Source: an uncultured Planctomycetota bacterium
Lineage (GTDB): Bacteria > Planctomycetota > Planctomycetia > Isosphaerales > Isosphaeraceae
NCBI GenBank assembly: GCA_963845755.1
Contig: CAWJTV010000033.1
Location: 519,473-583,472 of the forward strand
Direction of reading: 5' to 3'
Length of the DNA stretch: 64,000 nucleotides
The position numbers and the translations under genes were made by a program. How positions within the stretch are numbered: position 1 is the stretch's first letter; each line of letters starts with the position of its first letter. Shown here piece by piece: positions 30,535-42,355 of the stretch. The notes below the pieces were generated by a model that saw only the letters and a list, made by a program, of their open reading frames with translations, was not told the origin of the DNA and did no database searches.

Positions 30535-32534
30535 TCAGGACGGATCATCGATGGATGCCACAACCTGGTCCTTGCGAACCGGTGCGACCTCCGCTTCCTC
30601 CTCGTCGATCACGCGTTTGCCGACGAGATCCTCGAGTTCTCCCTCGGTGAGGACCTCGCGCTCGATGAGCGCCTCGGTGACGCGTTCCAGGTCGTCGCGA
30701 CGCTCTTCCAGGATGCGATAGGCGCGGCTATCGGATTCGCGGAGGATCCGGGCGACCTCCTCGTCGATCAACTGGGCGGTGTGCTCGGAGTGGTCGCGGA
30801 GCTCGGCCATCTCGCGGCCGAGGAAGGGGTGTTCCTCGGATGCGCGGAAGAACACGGGGCCGACGCGCTCGCTCATGCCGAACTGGGTGACCATGAGCCG
30901 GGCCAGCCGGGTCGCTTGTTTGAGGTCGTCGGCCGCGCCACTGCTCATCTCGCCGTAGACCAGACGCTCGGCCGCTCGGCCGCCCATGGCCGAGTCCAGC
31001 CGCGCCAGGATCTGGCTTTCGTTGTAATTGAAGCGATCTTCTTCCGGGAGGTACTGGGTGACGCCCAATGACGCGGCCTCGCGGGATGATCGTCACCTTG
31101 TGGACCGGGTCCGATTTCGGCGTCAGCCAGCCGACGAGCGCGTGGCCGGCCTCGTGGAAGGCCGTGACCCGCTTGTCTTTCGGCGTGATGACGTCCTCGC
31201 GCTTGGCGCCGAGGATCACCTTGTCCAGCGCGGCGTCGAGGTCCTTGGAGTCGACCGCGGACTTGTTCTCGCGGGTCGCCAGCAAGGCCGCCTCGTTGAC
31301 CAGGTTGGCCAGGTCGGCACCGCTCATGCCGATGGTGCTGCGCGCGATGCGCTCCAGATCCACATCCGAGGACAGCGGCACGTTGCGGCTATGCACCTTG
31401 AGGATCTCGAGCCGGCCTTTCTTGGTGGGCCGATCGACGGTTACGTGGCGGTCGAACCGGCCGGGCCGCAAGCAGCGCCGGATCGAGGACATCCGGCCGA
31501 TTGGTCGCCGCCAGCACGATCACGCTCTCGCTGGGAGAGAAGCCGTCCATCTCGGTCAGGATCTGGTTGAGCGTCTGTTCGCGTTCGTCGTGCCCGCCTC
31601 CCAGGCCCGCGCCGCGGACCCGTCCGACGGCGTCGATCTCATCGATGAACAGGATGCACGGGCTGTTTTCCTTGGCCGTCTTGAACATGTCGCGAACGCG
31701 ACTGGCCCCCACGCCGACGAACATCTGGATGAACTCGGAGCCCGAAATCGAATAGAACGGCACCCCGGCCTCGCCGGCGACCGCTCGGGCCAGCAGGGTC
31801 TTGCCCGAACCCGGTGGGCCGACCAGGAGCACGCCCTTGGGGATCCGCCCGCCCAGCCTCTGGAATTTCTCCGGACTCTTGAGAAACTCGACGATCTCCT
31901 GGAGCTCCGACTTGGCATTCTCCAATCCCGCGACTTCATCGAAGGTCGTACGCTGCTTCGACTTATCGTGGCGCTTCGCGGGACTCTTCACGAAACTGCC
32001 GAGAATCCCGCCGTCGAACTGGTCTCGCGCCCGCCGCATCATGAGATAAATCACGCCGAGGATCACGAACGTCGGCAGCAGGAACAGGATCCAGGCTAAT
32101 CCGCCAGCCTGATTGGGCGGGTTTCCTTCGACTCGGACGATCTCAGGGCCCTTCTCGGCGTCGCGCGTGAGCCGATCGTAGAGCGGCCCGATCAACGCCT
32201 CCGAGGGGATATACGTGAAGAACTTCCGAACCGGCGTGGGCGTTGCACCGGGTGACGGGCTGTAGGTGGTCTCCTTGCGGAGCTCGCCGCGGACCTCGTT
32301 GCCCTGAATCGAGACGCTCTTCACATTATCGTTCTGCACCTGCTCCCAGAACCAGGGATAGTACAGGACCTGCACTTCCTGCTTCGGGACGAAATGCCAG
32401 AAGATCAGGGCCAGCAGCCCGATGACGATCAGCCAGAGCCAGGGGGGGGTCGGAGACGCCCCGGTCCCGTTTGTCTTGCGCCCACCGATCGGGGGCCGGC
32501 GTGGGGTCTCCTGTTGCGGCGGTCGATTCTCCAT
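30535..32534 (-). CDS. ftsH: ATP-dependent zinc metalloprotease FtsH (frameshifts near 31478 and 31070)
   Basis: Two TMs, [41 protein letters not shown]. Confidence 0.95.
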
Positions 32535-32756
32535 GCGTTCTCACCAATTTCGATGCAATGAATGATGGACGTCGGCCCTCGGCTCGACGCGTACGGCGCT
32601 CGCCCTCCGACGACCGCCGCAAATCAATTGTAGCGAACATCCTCCCAAAGTTCAGGGGGATTGTTCCCTCGGGATCGATCGTACCGATCGCGAGCCCGTC
32701 TCATCATGGGGCAGGACGAGTCCTCCCGATGGCATCCGAAGCGGTTGGCGGGGCCT

Positions 32757-33809
32757 CTAATGGGTGTTCGACCCGGCGCCGGTTGCCTCCAGCCATTTCT
32801 CGCAGTCCATGGCTGCGGCACAACCGGAGCCCGCCGCGGTAATAGCCTGGCGATAATGGGTATCCACGACGTCACCGCACCCGAAAACACCCTCGATGTT
32901 CGTTGCAGTCCCGTAGTTCGGTAGGGTCTCGAGCAGGCCAGGCGGGGCTTCCACGCCCTTCCAGGCCATCGCGGTACGGGTCAGGAGGTAACCCTCGGGC
33001 GTCGTGGCGAGCTGCTTCTGAAAAATCGCCGTGTTCGGGACGTGCCCAATGGCCAGAAAGAGTCCGTCAACCTTCAAGTTGCGCAGCGAGTCGTCTTTGG
33101 TGGAGCGCAACTTGACCTTCGTAAGAACCTGGTGCCCGTCCTGTTGCTCTCCCTCGACCCCCTCGACGACCGAGTTCCAGGCGTAGTCGATCTTGGAATT
33201 CTGGAACATCCGATCCTGCATGATTTTGGATGCACGCAAGCTGTCTCGCCGATGGATCACGGTAACCTTGGAGGCGAACCGGGTGAGGAACGTGGCCTCC
33301 TCGGCGGCCGAATCCCCGCCGCCGACGACGGCGATGGTCTTGCCGCGGTAGAAGTGGCCGTCGCAGGTGGCGCAGGTGCTGACCCCGTTGCCCCGATACG
33401 GCCCCTCGTTACCCAACCACCGCGCCGAGGCACCGGTGGCCACGATCAGCGCGTCGCTGGTGTAATCGCGGAGCGTGCCGCTGGACGGATCGCCGCTGGG
33501 ATCGTCGGTGGTGCGGACCCGGAACGGGCGACGGGACAGATCGACCTCGAACACGGTCTGCCACTCGCAAACCGCGCCGAATCGCTGGGCCTGCTTGCGC
33601 ATCAGGTCCATCAGGTCCGGACCGTTGATCCCTTCGGGAAAGCCGGGGAAGTTATCGACGGCGGTCGTCAGGGTCAACTGGCCGCCCGGCTCCTTCCCCT
33701 CGAAGACCAGGGGCGCGAGATTGGCCCGAGCGGCGTAGAGTGCGGCGGTTAGTCCGGCGGAACCCGAGCCGACGATGATCACGGCGGCGTGTGACTGAGA
33801 AGACATCAT
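32757..33809 (-). CDS. trxB: thioredoxin-disulfide reductase
   Basis: GSGSAG, CATCDG, GGGDSAAEEA, YRQAITAAG. Confidence 0.95.
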   Translation of the reverse strand: MMSSQSHAAVIIVGSGSAGLTAALYAARANLAPLVFEGKEPGGQLTLTTAVDNFPGFPEGINGPDLMDLMRKQAQRFGAVCEWQTVFEVDLSRRPFRVRTTDDPSGDPSSGTLRDYTSDALIVATGASARWLGNEGPYRGNGVSTCATCDGHFYRGKTIAVVGGGDSAAEEATFLTRFASKVTVIHRRDSLRASKIMQDRMFQNSKIDYAWNSVVEGVEGEQQDGHQVLTKVKLRSTKDDSLRNLKVDGLFLAIGHVPNTAIFQKQLATTPEGYLLTRTAMAWKGVEAPPGLLETLPNYGTATNIEGVFGCGDVVDTHYRQAITAAGSGCAAAMDCEKWLEATGAGSNTH

Positions 33810-34197
33810 ACCCTCACGATCGACCAGCAAGACGCGACCAGGTGCCGATGGCTCTGGATGGCCTCATTCAGGTAGCCAGCACGCGACATACCCGTCTCCG
33901 AGGCCGATGGTCCTTATGCTCCCATAATATCCGGCGGAGTCCAGAAGCCACTGCGCCGTCGCGGCGGGATCTCCGTCGCGAACTGGGGAAACCCGGCGTG
34001 GGCCGAACCAGCCGGGCCGGGTGCGGAGTCTTGCGGAACGCAGCCAGGATTTGAGCCGAGTGACCGATCGCCCCGAGACGTGAGCTAGAGTCCTATTGAG
34101 CCTCATCGCCCGTCGCGTTGAAGACGCATGTGAGGAAACTTCCCGACTTTGGAGTGGATCGAGACCCGTCGAGCGCACTGAATTAAGGAGGCGATTT

Positions 34198-34470
34198 ATG
34201 CTCGTCTTGACCCGGAAGCTGATGGAGAAGCTCTTCATCGGCGATGACATCTGCGTCACGGTGGTTCGACTGGACGGAGGCCAGGTACGGCTGGGAATCG
34301 ACGCCCCGCGCGAGGTGGCCGTTGTCCGAGCGGAACTGGTGCCCGATCGACAGTTCCCGCGAACTCACCCCATCTCAACCAATAAACCCAATCAGGCGCG
34401 ACCGGACCTCACACAGTCACCGTGCGCGGCTCGTGGAAGCGATAGCCGACGCCGCGGACGGTTTCGATGA
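34198..34470 (+). CDS. csrA: carbon storage regulator CsrA-family protein with C-terminal extension
   Basis: MLVLTRK...IGDDI.VTVV...QVRLGIDAPREVAVVRAEL; AAGGAGG RBS. Confidence 0.9.
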   Translation: MLVLTRKLMEKLFIGDDICVTVVRLDGGQVRLGIDAPREVAVVRAELVPDRQFPRTHPISTNKPNQARPDLTQSPCAARGSDSRRRGRFR

Positions 34471-35116
34471 GCTCGCCCGCTTCGCCCAGCTTCTTCCGCA
34501 AGCTCTTGATGTGAACGTCGATCGTTCGTTCCAGCACGATCGCGTCCTCACCGATCGCTGCATCCATTAACTCGTATCGCGTAAACGCCCGACCAGTCTG
34601 CCGGATGAGCACCTCCAGGAGCCGGAACTCGGTGGGAGTCAAGGGGAGCTCCTGGTTCTGGTGGAGCGCACGATGGCTGTGCCGGTCGATCACGATCCCC
34701 TGACTCTCGATCACCTTACCGGCCACCGGCTCTTCCTTCAGTTGTCGCCGCCGCAACTCCTTCTTGATTCGCTGGATCAGGACCTTCATGCTGTACGGCT
34801 TTGTGACATAGTCGTCCGCGCCCGTCGCGAAGCCGACCAGCTCGTCCGATTCCTCCGCCTTCGCGGTCACCATGATGATCGGGATCTCGCGGGTGCGGGC
34901 ACCGAGACGGAGCTCGCGGCAGACTTCCAGGCCGGGTTTGCCGGGAAGCATCAAGTCCAGCACGATCAGGTCCGGCAATTTCAACTGGGCCTGCCGGAGA
35001 CCGTCCTGGCCGTCGTACGCCGCGAGCACCTCGAATCCTTCGCGTTCCAGGTTGCAGCTCAATACCTCGACGAGCGATCGCTCGTCCTCGACGACCAGAA
35101 TCTTGGGCTTGGGCAT
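34409..35116 (-). CDS. phoB: OmpR/PhoB family response regulator, probably PhoB
   Basis: Receiver (VVEDE, LDLMLP, VTAK, KP) plus winged helix (LTPTEFRLL, ERTIDVHIKSLRKKL, TVRGVGY). Near pstSCAB, with Pho-box-like repeats upstream. Confidence 0.8.
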   Translation of the reverse strand: MPKPKILVVEDERSLVEVLSCNLEREGFEVLAAYDGQDGLRQAQLKLPDLIVLDLMLPGKPGLEVCRELRLGARTREIPIIMVTAKAEESDELVGFATGADDYVTKPYSMKVLIQRIKKELRRRQLKEEPVAGKVIESQGIVIDRHSHRALHQNQELPLTPTEFRLLEVLIRQTGRAFTRYELMDAAIGEDAIVLERTIDVHIKSLRKKLGEAGELIETVRGVGYRFHEPRTVTV

Positions 35117-35169
35117 GGCAGCAACGCCGATCTTGATGGAAGGTTGTTCAATCGGTGATGACCTGTTCT

Positions 35170-35221
35170 ATCCTAACGATTGCGATGACGAATCGATGTC
35201 CAGTTTGTTAAGAAACAATGA
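35170..35221 (-). promoter_or_regulatory. putative Pho box and -10 upstream of phoB
   Basis: Minus-strand TCAT/TAAC/ACAT/TCAT cores at exact 11-bp spacing (plus-strand 35218, 35207, 35196, 35185), followed by TAGGAT. Confidence 0.55.
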
Positions 35222-35231
35222 ATGATCGATC

Positions 35232-36377
35232 TCATAGGATTGTGGCGTGGGATGGGGTAGTGGCCGGCTCGGTCACTGCGATCATCCTTCGGACAACCTC
35301 GGCGAGATTGTTGGTCTCCTCGAAGATCTGAAGCTGCCTCATGGAGCCAGTCGGCTGCTCGGCGAGGTCCCGCAGGTTTTGGAGATGAGCGGTGCAGCCC
35401 AACTCCTCACCGCGCCCCTCGAGGCGGTCGATCAGGCTGTGAACGACCTGTCGCGCCGGAATCGCCTGATAGGTGCTCGGGTCGACCAGCTTGGCGTCCA
35501 TCCCATACCGGCAGGCTCGCCACTTGTTCTGGCGGACCATGAACGGATGACAATCGTACTGATAAGTGCCGTGATCGATCTCCTGTGAGAGGTCGTAGAC
35601 CAGGCATTGGATCAGCGCGGTGAGTCCGAGGACGTGTTCCAGGGTCGGGGGCATGTCGCAGATGCGGACCTCGACGGTACCGAAGTTGTGGTGCGGCCGG
35701 ACGTCCCACCAGATCTCGCGGATCGTCTTGATGAAGCCGGTCTGGACCATGTGGTTGAGCAGCCAGGTATACTCGGACCAGTTGCGCATCAGCGGAGGAA
35801 GTCCCGCGGTGGGCAAGGTTTCCAGCACCTTGACCCGGTGCGAGTGGAGGCCCGTGTTCCGCCCCTGCCAGAACGGGCTGTTGACCGACAGCGCCAGCAA
35901 GGTGGGGAGGTGTTGCATGATCCGGTCACAGATCATGATCGCCTTGTCGCCCGAGTCCACGCCGACGTGGACATGCAGGCCGAAGGTGACCAATCGACGG
36001 GCGGTCTCCTGGAGCAGGTCGATGAGGCTGTGGTAGCGTTCGTTGGGGGAGACGGCCTGATCCTGCCAGAGCGAGAACGGGTGGGTCGCGCTCCAGAAGA
36101 GCAAGAGGTCGTGGTGAGCGGCGGCCTCCCGGACCACGCGGAGCTTCGCTTCCAGGTCGCGCCGGACCTCATCGACGTTTTGGCAGACGTTGGTATTGAT
36201 CTCCAGGTAGCACTGGAGCAGTTCCGGCTTGACGGCACCCTCCAGCTCCGCGGGGATCTCGGACAGGACCTCGGAGATCGCGCTGCGGAGTGCCATGGTG
36301 TGGCGGTCGACCAGGTTCAACTCGATCTCGACGCCGAGCGAAGGCCGATCGTTGGTGACGAACTTGAAGAGGCTCAC
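35232..36377 (-). CDS. YbdK-family carboxylate-amine (glutamate--cysteine) ligase
   Basis: SLGVEIEL, ELLQCYLEINT, FGLHVHVG, NSPFWQG, WWDVRP, GTVEVRICD. GTG start overlaps the M20 stop (GTGA). Confidence 0.9.
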   Translation of the reverse strand: MSLFKFVTNDRPSLGVEIELNLVDRHTMALRSAISEVLSEIPAELEGAVKPELLQCYLEINTNVCQNVDEVRRDLEAKLRVVREAAAHHDLLLFWSATHPFSLWQDQAVSPNERYHSLIDLLQETARRLVTFGLHVHVGVDSGDKAIMICDRIMQHLPTLLALSVNSPFWQGRNTGLHSHRVKVLETLPTAGLPPLMRNWSEYTWLLNHMVQTGFIKTIREIWWDVRPHHNFGTVEVRICDMPPTLEHVLGLTALIQCLVYDLSQEIDHGTYQYDCHPFMVRQNKWRACRYGMDAKLVDPSTYQAIPARQVVHSLIDRLEGRGEELGCTAHLQNLRDLAEQPTGSMRQLQIFEETNNLAEVVRRMIAVTEPATTPSHATIL

Positions 36378-37579
36378 GGGTGGCGGCTCCGGCTCGAGGT
36401 AGACAGGAGAACCGCGCTCTGCGCGAGAAGCTCTGCGCCGACGGTCAGCGCAGCCTCGTCGATGTCGAAGTGGGGAGAATGCAGGGCATGTCGGGGGCGG
36501 TCGAGGGAAGCCACGCCCAGTCTCAACAAGCAACCGGGAACGTGCTTCAGGTAGCCGGAGAAATCCTCGCCGCCCATGCTGGGCAGCCGGATCTCCTCGA
36601 CGTTCGCCGCGCCGACGACCTCTTCCGCGGCATGAACGCAGATAGCCGTGACCTCGGCATCGTTGACCACGGCCTGGGTCCCGCGGCGGAACGCGACGTC
36701 GATGGTCGCCCGTGTCGCCGCGGACAGCCCGCGAGCGATCTGGGTGATCCGCTCCTCGACCTGGGCGGCCGCGCGATCGCTCAGCGTGCGGATGGTGCCC
36801 AGGAGCTCGACCTCGTCCGGGATCACGTTGGCCCCGGCCCCCCCGCGGATGCAGCCAAAGGTCACGACGCAAGGATCGCGCGAATCGACCGATCGCGGCA
36901 CGACCTGGTAGACCATCGACACGAGCTGGGCGGCCACCGCGATGGGGTCCACGGCCAGGTGCGGCCGGGCGGCGTGGCCGCCCACTCCCCGGATCACGAT
37001 TTGCAACTCCTGGCAGCATGCGGTCAAAACACCGATGCGCTGGGCGATCCGGCCCACGCTCAGCTCGGGATCGACGTGAAGGGCCACGATCGCCCGGACA
37101 TTGTCGACCGCGCCCGCCTCGACCATCTCCAGCGCACCCTCACTGACTTCCTCCGCCGGCTGGAAGATCGACCGCCACGAGACCTCTTCGGGAAGCGCCT
37201 CGCGGCATTCCCACAATGCCAGCGCGGCGGTCAGGGCCATGGTCGCGTGGGCGTCGTGGCCGCAGGCGTGCATCACACCCTCGCGACTCGATCGATAGGG
37301 CACGGTCTTGGCGTCGGCGATGGGGAGCGCGTCGATGTCCGCGCGGATCGCCACGCGCGGCCGATCGTCCTGGCCCTCGGGCTCGGCGATCAACCCACGA
37401 CCGGAAGGGACAATCCGAACGTGCAGGCCGGACTCGCCGAACTCATGGGCCAGCAAGCGGGTCGTCTCGTACTCTTCACGGCTGGGCTCGGGGTGAGCAT
37501 GCAAGTACCGGCGCAATGAACACCAGCGTTCCACGTTCGAATCAATGTACGAATCGACTGCGTCTCGCCAATGCCTCAT
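36374..37579 (-). CDS. M20D family amidohydrolase
   Basis: HAHPE, RADIDALP, MHACGHDAH, FQPAEE, GGHAARP, GGEDF, LHSP. Confidence 0.93.
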   Translation of the reverse strand: MRHWRDAVDSYIDSNVERWCSLRRYLHAHPEPSREEYETTRLLAHEFGESGLHVRIVPSGRGLIAEPEGQDDRPRVAIRADIDALPIADAKTVPYRSSREGVMHACGHDAHATMALTAALALWECREALPEEVSWRSIFQPAEEVSEGALEMVEAGAVDNVRAIVALHVDPELSVGRIAQRIGVLTACCQELQIVIRGVGGHAARPHLAVDPIAVAAQLVSMVYQVVPRSVDSRDPCVVTFGCIRGGAGANVIPDEVELLGTIRTLSDRAAAQVEERITQIARGLSAATRATIDVAFRRGTQAVVNDAEVTAICVHAAEEVVGAANVEEIRLPSMGGEDFSGYLKHVPGCLLRLGVASLDRPRHALHSPHFDIDEAALTVGAELLAQSAVLLSTSSRSRHP

Positions 37580-37696
37580 CGCGATCCCCGAATGCGCCGT
37601 CGTTGCCTGTCGATCACCTCCTTGATTCTAACTAATGGAGGCCTCGTTCTCCATGCTCGAACCACGATGCCGTTTGCCTCGAACACTCTCACACTC

Positions 37697-39453
37697 TCAG
37701 GGGGTGCGCGCCGCCTTCATCGCTGCCGCGTACTTCTCGAGCAATCCGTACTTCGACGCCCAGGTGGTATACATGAAGCCGATAACATCCTTGACGTCCC
37801 GCGCGGCCGCGTCCCAGGTCTGGAAGTTGGACAGGTCGTCGACATCGTAGTATCCCGCGATGAGCTGGCGATGGCCCCGGCCGGCGAAGAAGGCCAGACT
37901 CTCCCGGGCCTTCCCGCCGTTCCAGTTGGCGATGATCACATCGCGCGGCAGGCCCTCCCACGATCCTTCGAGCGAGCCGTTGACCAGGTAGTACGAGTCG
38001 ACCGCATTATGGTGCGGGTCGAACATGTCCGACCAGACGACGATGCGGGCGCGCGGGTTGACGGACTTCAGGATCGCCGTGCAATTCCGCACATTGTCGG
38101 CCAGGAGCTGGCCGGGGGTCAGCTTCCGGTCGCGACAGGCCTTGCACCAGTTGGCCACCCTGACTTCGTCGTGCGACATGAAGAAGGTCCGCGGATGGAA
38201 CAGCTCATTCACGCGCCGCGCCTGGTCGCGGAGGATGTCGTTCAGTTTCGGTTCGGAGAGGCAGCACATGACCTGCGAGCTGAGCGTGATCGCCGGATGA
38301 TACCAGCTTACGAGCAACCGATCGCCGGCCTTGATACGTGAGCCCGGCTTGATCCGGAGCTTTGCACCCGGATGGCCGAATTCATACTCGCCGGGCCAGG
38401 GGACATTCCCGAGCTGGGGATCGATCACGGGCTCGAAGTCGCGGCCTTCCTCATAGGTTATCCGGCCGTTGGCCGACTTGACCGCCAGCGGACAGCCCTT
38501 GCGCCGCAGGACATTGACCAGCGGCAATTCCTCGAGCGCCAGGTCGTCAACCCAGAGCGTACCCGGGCCCTCGCCCCAGATTCCGACGTAGAGGTTCGCT
38601 TCCTTCTGATCCAGGCTATTGAAGACCACCTCGACCCGCTTCCAGTCCTGGGTCGCCTCGAGTCCCCCCTCGTGGAAGGTCAACGTGCGTCCGGGCTGGC
38701 TCGCGCCCAGCGCGAGCAACTGAAACGCGCCCACGGGCCCGAGGTCGCGGGTCTTCGCCCAGCACGAGAACCGATAGGGTGTATTCGGGCGCAGCCTGAC
38801 GTGCTGCACCAGGCGAACGTTCGGTGCCGTGCGGTTCGTCCCCTTGATCCCCGGCTCGAAGCGGCAAGAACCGCGACCGCTGTGGACGACCCGGCTGTCG
38901 GCGAAGGTGGTGATGCCCGGATCGTCCTGGAAGGAGAACTCGGTAAATCGATCACGCCGCGTCCTGCTCGAGATTGCCGTTGCGGTACTCGGCAATTCCG
39001 CGGTTGCCCGTCAGCACGGCCTCGAGATCCTTCCGGACCACGAACGGCTGGTCAACAACGGGCAGTCCTTCGGCGAGGTTCGGGTCGTGCGCCAGATGCC
39101 CATTGCTGTACCCGATGGAGAACACGGCGGGGATCAGCTCGATGTTGGCCTTCGCAGCCGCCGCCTTGACACGCTCCGCATTGTGAAAGTAGCGGTCGAT
39201 CACGCGGTCGAGGATTTGCAGCTTGTAATCGGAGAGCAGGATCGCGGTGTACCCGTCTCGGCCGGCACGTTCGATGAGCGCGATGACTTCGTCGGCGGAC
39301 TTATCGACCTGGAGGTTGGCGCTCGCAGTAGACCCAGCGCTCGCGATACGGAGCCGCGCCCTTATCCGCGGCCTGCAAGGCACTCGACCCGAGGATTAGC
39401 ACGGAGGCGATCAGGACCCCCAAGGAACGGAGGGGAATTTGCGAGTCGGACAT
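37697..39453 (-). CDS. secreted glycoside-hydrolase-like protein (GH20-like barrel with inserted carbohydrate-binding module); frameshifts near 39320 and 38955
   Basis: Signal peptide (..VLILGSSALQAA), CBM4/9-like LRPNTPYRFSCWAKT...DWKRVEVVFNS, FFMSHDEVR, VWSDMF, IANWN, GFMYTTW. Confidence 0.6.
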
Positions 39454-39485
39454 GGCGGGAACCTCGTGGGGAGGGCCGAGCATCG

Positions 39486-40355
39486 TCAACCGATGCGGCC
39501 GGTAATATAGGCCTCGGTGCGCTTGTCCTTGGGATTGGTGAAGAGGAGATCCGTGGGGCTGAACTCGGCGAGGATGCCGGTCCGATTCCCTTCCGAGGAA
39601 CCTTCGTCGAGCATCAGGCAGGCGGTCAGGTCGCTGACGCGACGGGCCTGCTGCATGTTGTGCGTGACGATGACGATCGTGTAGTCCTTCTTGAGGTCGT
39701 CCATCAGGTCCTCAACCCGGGCCGTCGAGATCGGGTCGAGCGCCGAGCACGGTTCGTCCATCAGGATGACCTCGGGCTCGACGGCGAGGGTCCGCGCAAT
39801 GCAAAGCCGCTGCTGCTGGCCGCCGGAGAGCTCCAGGCCGGAACGGTTCAGCTTGGCCTTGACCTCGTCCCACAGCGCGGCGCGTCGGAGCGATCGCTCC
39901 ACCAGCTCGTCCATGTCGCCGCGATAACCATTGATCCGCGCCCCCCAGGCCACGTTGTTGTAGATGCTCTTGGGGAAGGGGTTCGGCTTCTGGAACACCA
40001 TGCCGATCCGACGGCGCAGGACGACCGAGTCGATCCTGAGATCGGAGATCAGATCGCCATCGAAACGGATCTCGCCCTCCATGCGCGCGCCGGTGATCAG
40101 GTCGTTCATGCGGTTGAAACAGCGGAGCAGCGTGCTCTTCCCGCAGCCGGAGGGGCCGATCATCGCCGTGATCTTATTGCGGGGAATGTCGATGGTGATG
40201 TCTTTGAGCGCCAGCGCGGTGCCGTACCAGACCGAGAGTTGCTTTGTGGACAAGACGACCGGATCGCTGGAACGAGCCGGATCCGAAAGCGGGATCGTCG
40301 CGGCAGCGATCGGCAGGGCAACGGGGCGGTCGGCATGAGTTTCGGAGACGCTCAT
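39486..40355 (-). CDS. pstB: phosphate ABC transporter ATP-binding protein
   Basis: [47 protein letters not shown]. Confidence 0.96.
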   Translation of the reverse strand: MSVSETHADRPVALPIAAATIPLSDPARSSDPVVLSTKQLSVWYGTALALKDITIDIPRNKITAMIGPSGCGKSTLLRCFNRMNDLITGARMEGEIRFDGDLISDLRIDSVVLRRRIGMVFQKPNPFPKSIYNNVAWGARINGYRGDMDELVERSLRRAALWDEVKAKLNRSGLELSGGQQQRLCIARTLAVEPEVILMDEPCSALDPISTARVEDLMDDLKKDYTIVIVTHNMQQARRVSDLTACLMLDEGSSEGNRTGILAEFSPTDLLFTNPKDKRTEAYITGRIG

Positions 40356-40399
40356 CAGGGATCTCGCCAGTTGGATTGGGCTCGACTCGATTCGCCGGG

Positions 40400-41347
40400 T
40401 CAATGATACCGCCGAAAGCGGTTGCGGATCACGATGGCCGTGGCATTCATCGTGAGCAAGAGCGCGATGAGGATGAGGATGCCACCGGCGGCGACGACCT
40501 GGAATCCGCGGTCGGGCATTCGCGCGTAATTGTAGATTTCCACGGGAAGCGCCGAGTAGCGATCGAGGGGCCCTCGGGGTGTACGGAGGATCGAGCCGGC
40601 CGCGCCGACCATCAGCAAGGGAGCCGTCTCGCCGATCGCCCGCGAAAGTCCGAGGATGGTGCCGGTCAGGATTCCCGGCACGGCGGAAGGCAGCACATGA
40701 TCGCGCACGACCTGCCAGCGGGTCGCCCCGAGTGCCAGCGCGGCTTGACGGAGCGACTGCGGAACGGCACGCAACGCCTCCTGCGTCGTGATCACGATGA
40801 TCGGCAGGATCAGCAGGCTGAGCGTGAGCACGCCGGCCAGCAAGGTCGGGCCCAAAGCCAGGGCCTTGATCCCGAAGGCACGCACGAACACCGCCAGCCC
40901 CAGGATGCCGTACACGATCGACGGCACGCCCGCCAGGTTGGCGATGTTCATCTGGATCAGCCGGCGCAGCCGGCCCGGGGGGGCATACTCTTCCAGGTAG
41001 ACCCCGGCCCCGATCCCGACCGGGATGCCGATCACCGCGACCAACGCCAGCAGCCACAGGCTGCCCGCGATCCCGACCTGGAATCCCGCATCCTCCGGAG
41101 ACGACGCCTGGTTCTGGGTCGCCACCTTCCGGACCAGCGCGATCAGTTCGCTGACATTCGATCCCAGGGCATACCAGGGATTGTCGGGAGGAGCCTGGAG
41201 CGCCGCGGCCAGGATCGAGCCCAGCAGGAGGAGCAAGACCGCGGCCCCCATGGCAGTCGCGATCAAGCACACCACGCCGAAGAGCGGATTCAGCAGACGC
41301 CGAAGCCACCGATGGGGACGATACCGCGTCGAGGCGTCCGGCGTCAT
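40400..41347 (-). CDS. pstA: phosphate ABC transporter permease
   Basis: [34 protein letters not shown]. Confidence 0.95.
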   Translation of the reverse strand: MTPDASTRYRPHRWLRRLLNPLFGVVCLIATAMGAAVLLLLLGSILAAALQAPPDNPWYALGSNVSELIALVRKVATQNQASSPEDAGFQVGIAGSLWLLALVAVIGIPVGIGAGVYLEEYAPPGRLRRLIQMNIANLAGVPSIVYGILGLAVFVRAFGIKALALGPTLLAGVLTLSLLILPIIVITTQEALRAVPQSLRQAALALGATRWQVVRDHVLPSAVPGILTGTILGLSRAIGETAPLLMVGAAGSILRTPRGPLDRYSALPVEIYNYARMPDRGFQVVAAGGILILIALLLTMNATAIVIRNRFRRYH

Positions 41348-42318
41348 TGGTACTCCTCCCGAAAATGCCGGAGGACGAACCCGGAGAGGATATTCAGGGT
41401 CAACGTCACGGCGAAGAGCGTCAGACCGACGGCGAACAGCGAGAGATACTTCGGTTCTCCGTACGAGGCTTCGCCACTGATGACCTGCACGATGTAGGTG
41501 GTCATGGTTTCGATGGAGGTCAGGGGATTCACGGTGATCTGGGGCCGCATCCCCGCCGCCAGAACGACGGCCATCGTCTCGCCGACGGCACGGCTGATCG
41601 CCAGGATGAATGACGCGAAGACCCCCGAGAGAGCCGCGGGGAGCACGACCCGGCGTCGAGACCTCGAACTTGGTCGCCCCCAGGCCGAAGGCCGCCTCGC
41701 GCAGCCCCGCGGGACCGCCGAGAGCACGTCCTCGCTCAGCGAGGAGACTAGCGGGATGATCATCACGCCGACCACGATGCAGGCACTCAGTGCATTGAAC
41801 GTCTCGACTCGGAAGCCCAGCGGCTCGAGCAGTCGCTTCAAGACGGGGGTCACCAGCAGGAGCGCGAGATAGCCGTAGACGATCGTGGGGATCCCCGCGA
41901 GCAGCTCGAGGGCCGGCTTCAAGATCGACCGCACCCGTCGCGGGGCGTATTCGCTCAAGTAGATCGCACTGAACAGGCCGATCGGCAGCGCGATCGCCGA
42001 CGATCCCACGGCGACCATGAAGGTCCCCCAGATCAGCGGAACGATGCCGAACTTCGGCGGCCTGGCGTCCGGCTTCAGTTCCGTGCCGAAGAGGAATTCC
42101 GGAACGCTCACCTTCGCGTGGTGGAAGAACTCGAAGCTCTGGACACTCAGCACGACGATGATGCCGAGCGTGGTCAGGACGGTGATGACCGCGCAGAGGA
42201 CCAGGCCGATGGTGACGGCCGCTTCCCAGAAGGCGAGGAACCGCGAATGGCCCGCCCACAGGTCATCCCCGGCCGGCTCGACCGCAAAATCATGGCTGGT
42301 GAACGTCGGTGAGGACAA
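41344..42318 (-). CDS. pstC: phosphate ABC transporter permease (two local compensating indels near 41660-41710)
   Basis: [28 protein letters not shown]. The EAA loop ([13 protein letters not shown]) lies in another frame. Confidence 0.93.
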   Translation of the reverse strand: MSSPTFTSHDFAVEPAGDDLWAGHSRFLAFWEAAVTIGLVLCAVITVLTTLGIIVVLSVQSFEFFHHAKVSVPEFLFGTELKPDARPPKFGIVPLIWGTFMVAVGSSAIALPIGLFSAIYLSEYAPRRVRSILKPALELLAGIPTIVYGYLALLLVTPVLKRLLEPLGFRVETFNALSACIVVGVMIIPLVSSLSEDVLSAVPRGCARRPSAWGRPSSRSRRRVVLPAALSGVFASFILAISRAVGETMAVVLAAGMRPQITVNPLTSIETMTTYIVQVISGEASYGEPKYLSLFAVGLTLFAVTLTLNILSGFVLRHFREEYQ

Positions 42319-42355
42319 GGGCGCGTTCCTGAGAAGGCTTGTAGGGTGGGTGAAA

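Noticed and set aside
32757..33809. Novel TrxB variant due to two short insertions
   Set aside because: All catalytic motifs are canonical and the insertions look like surface loops.
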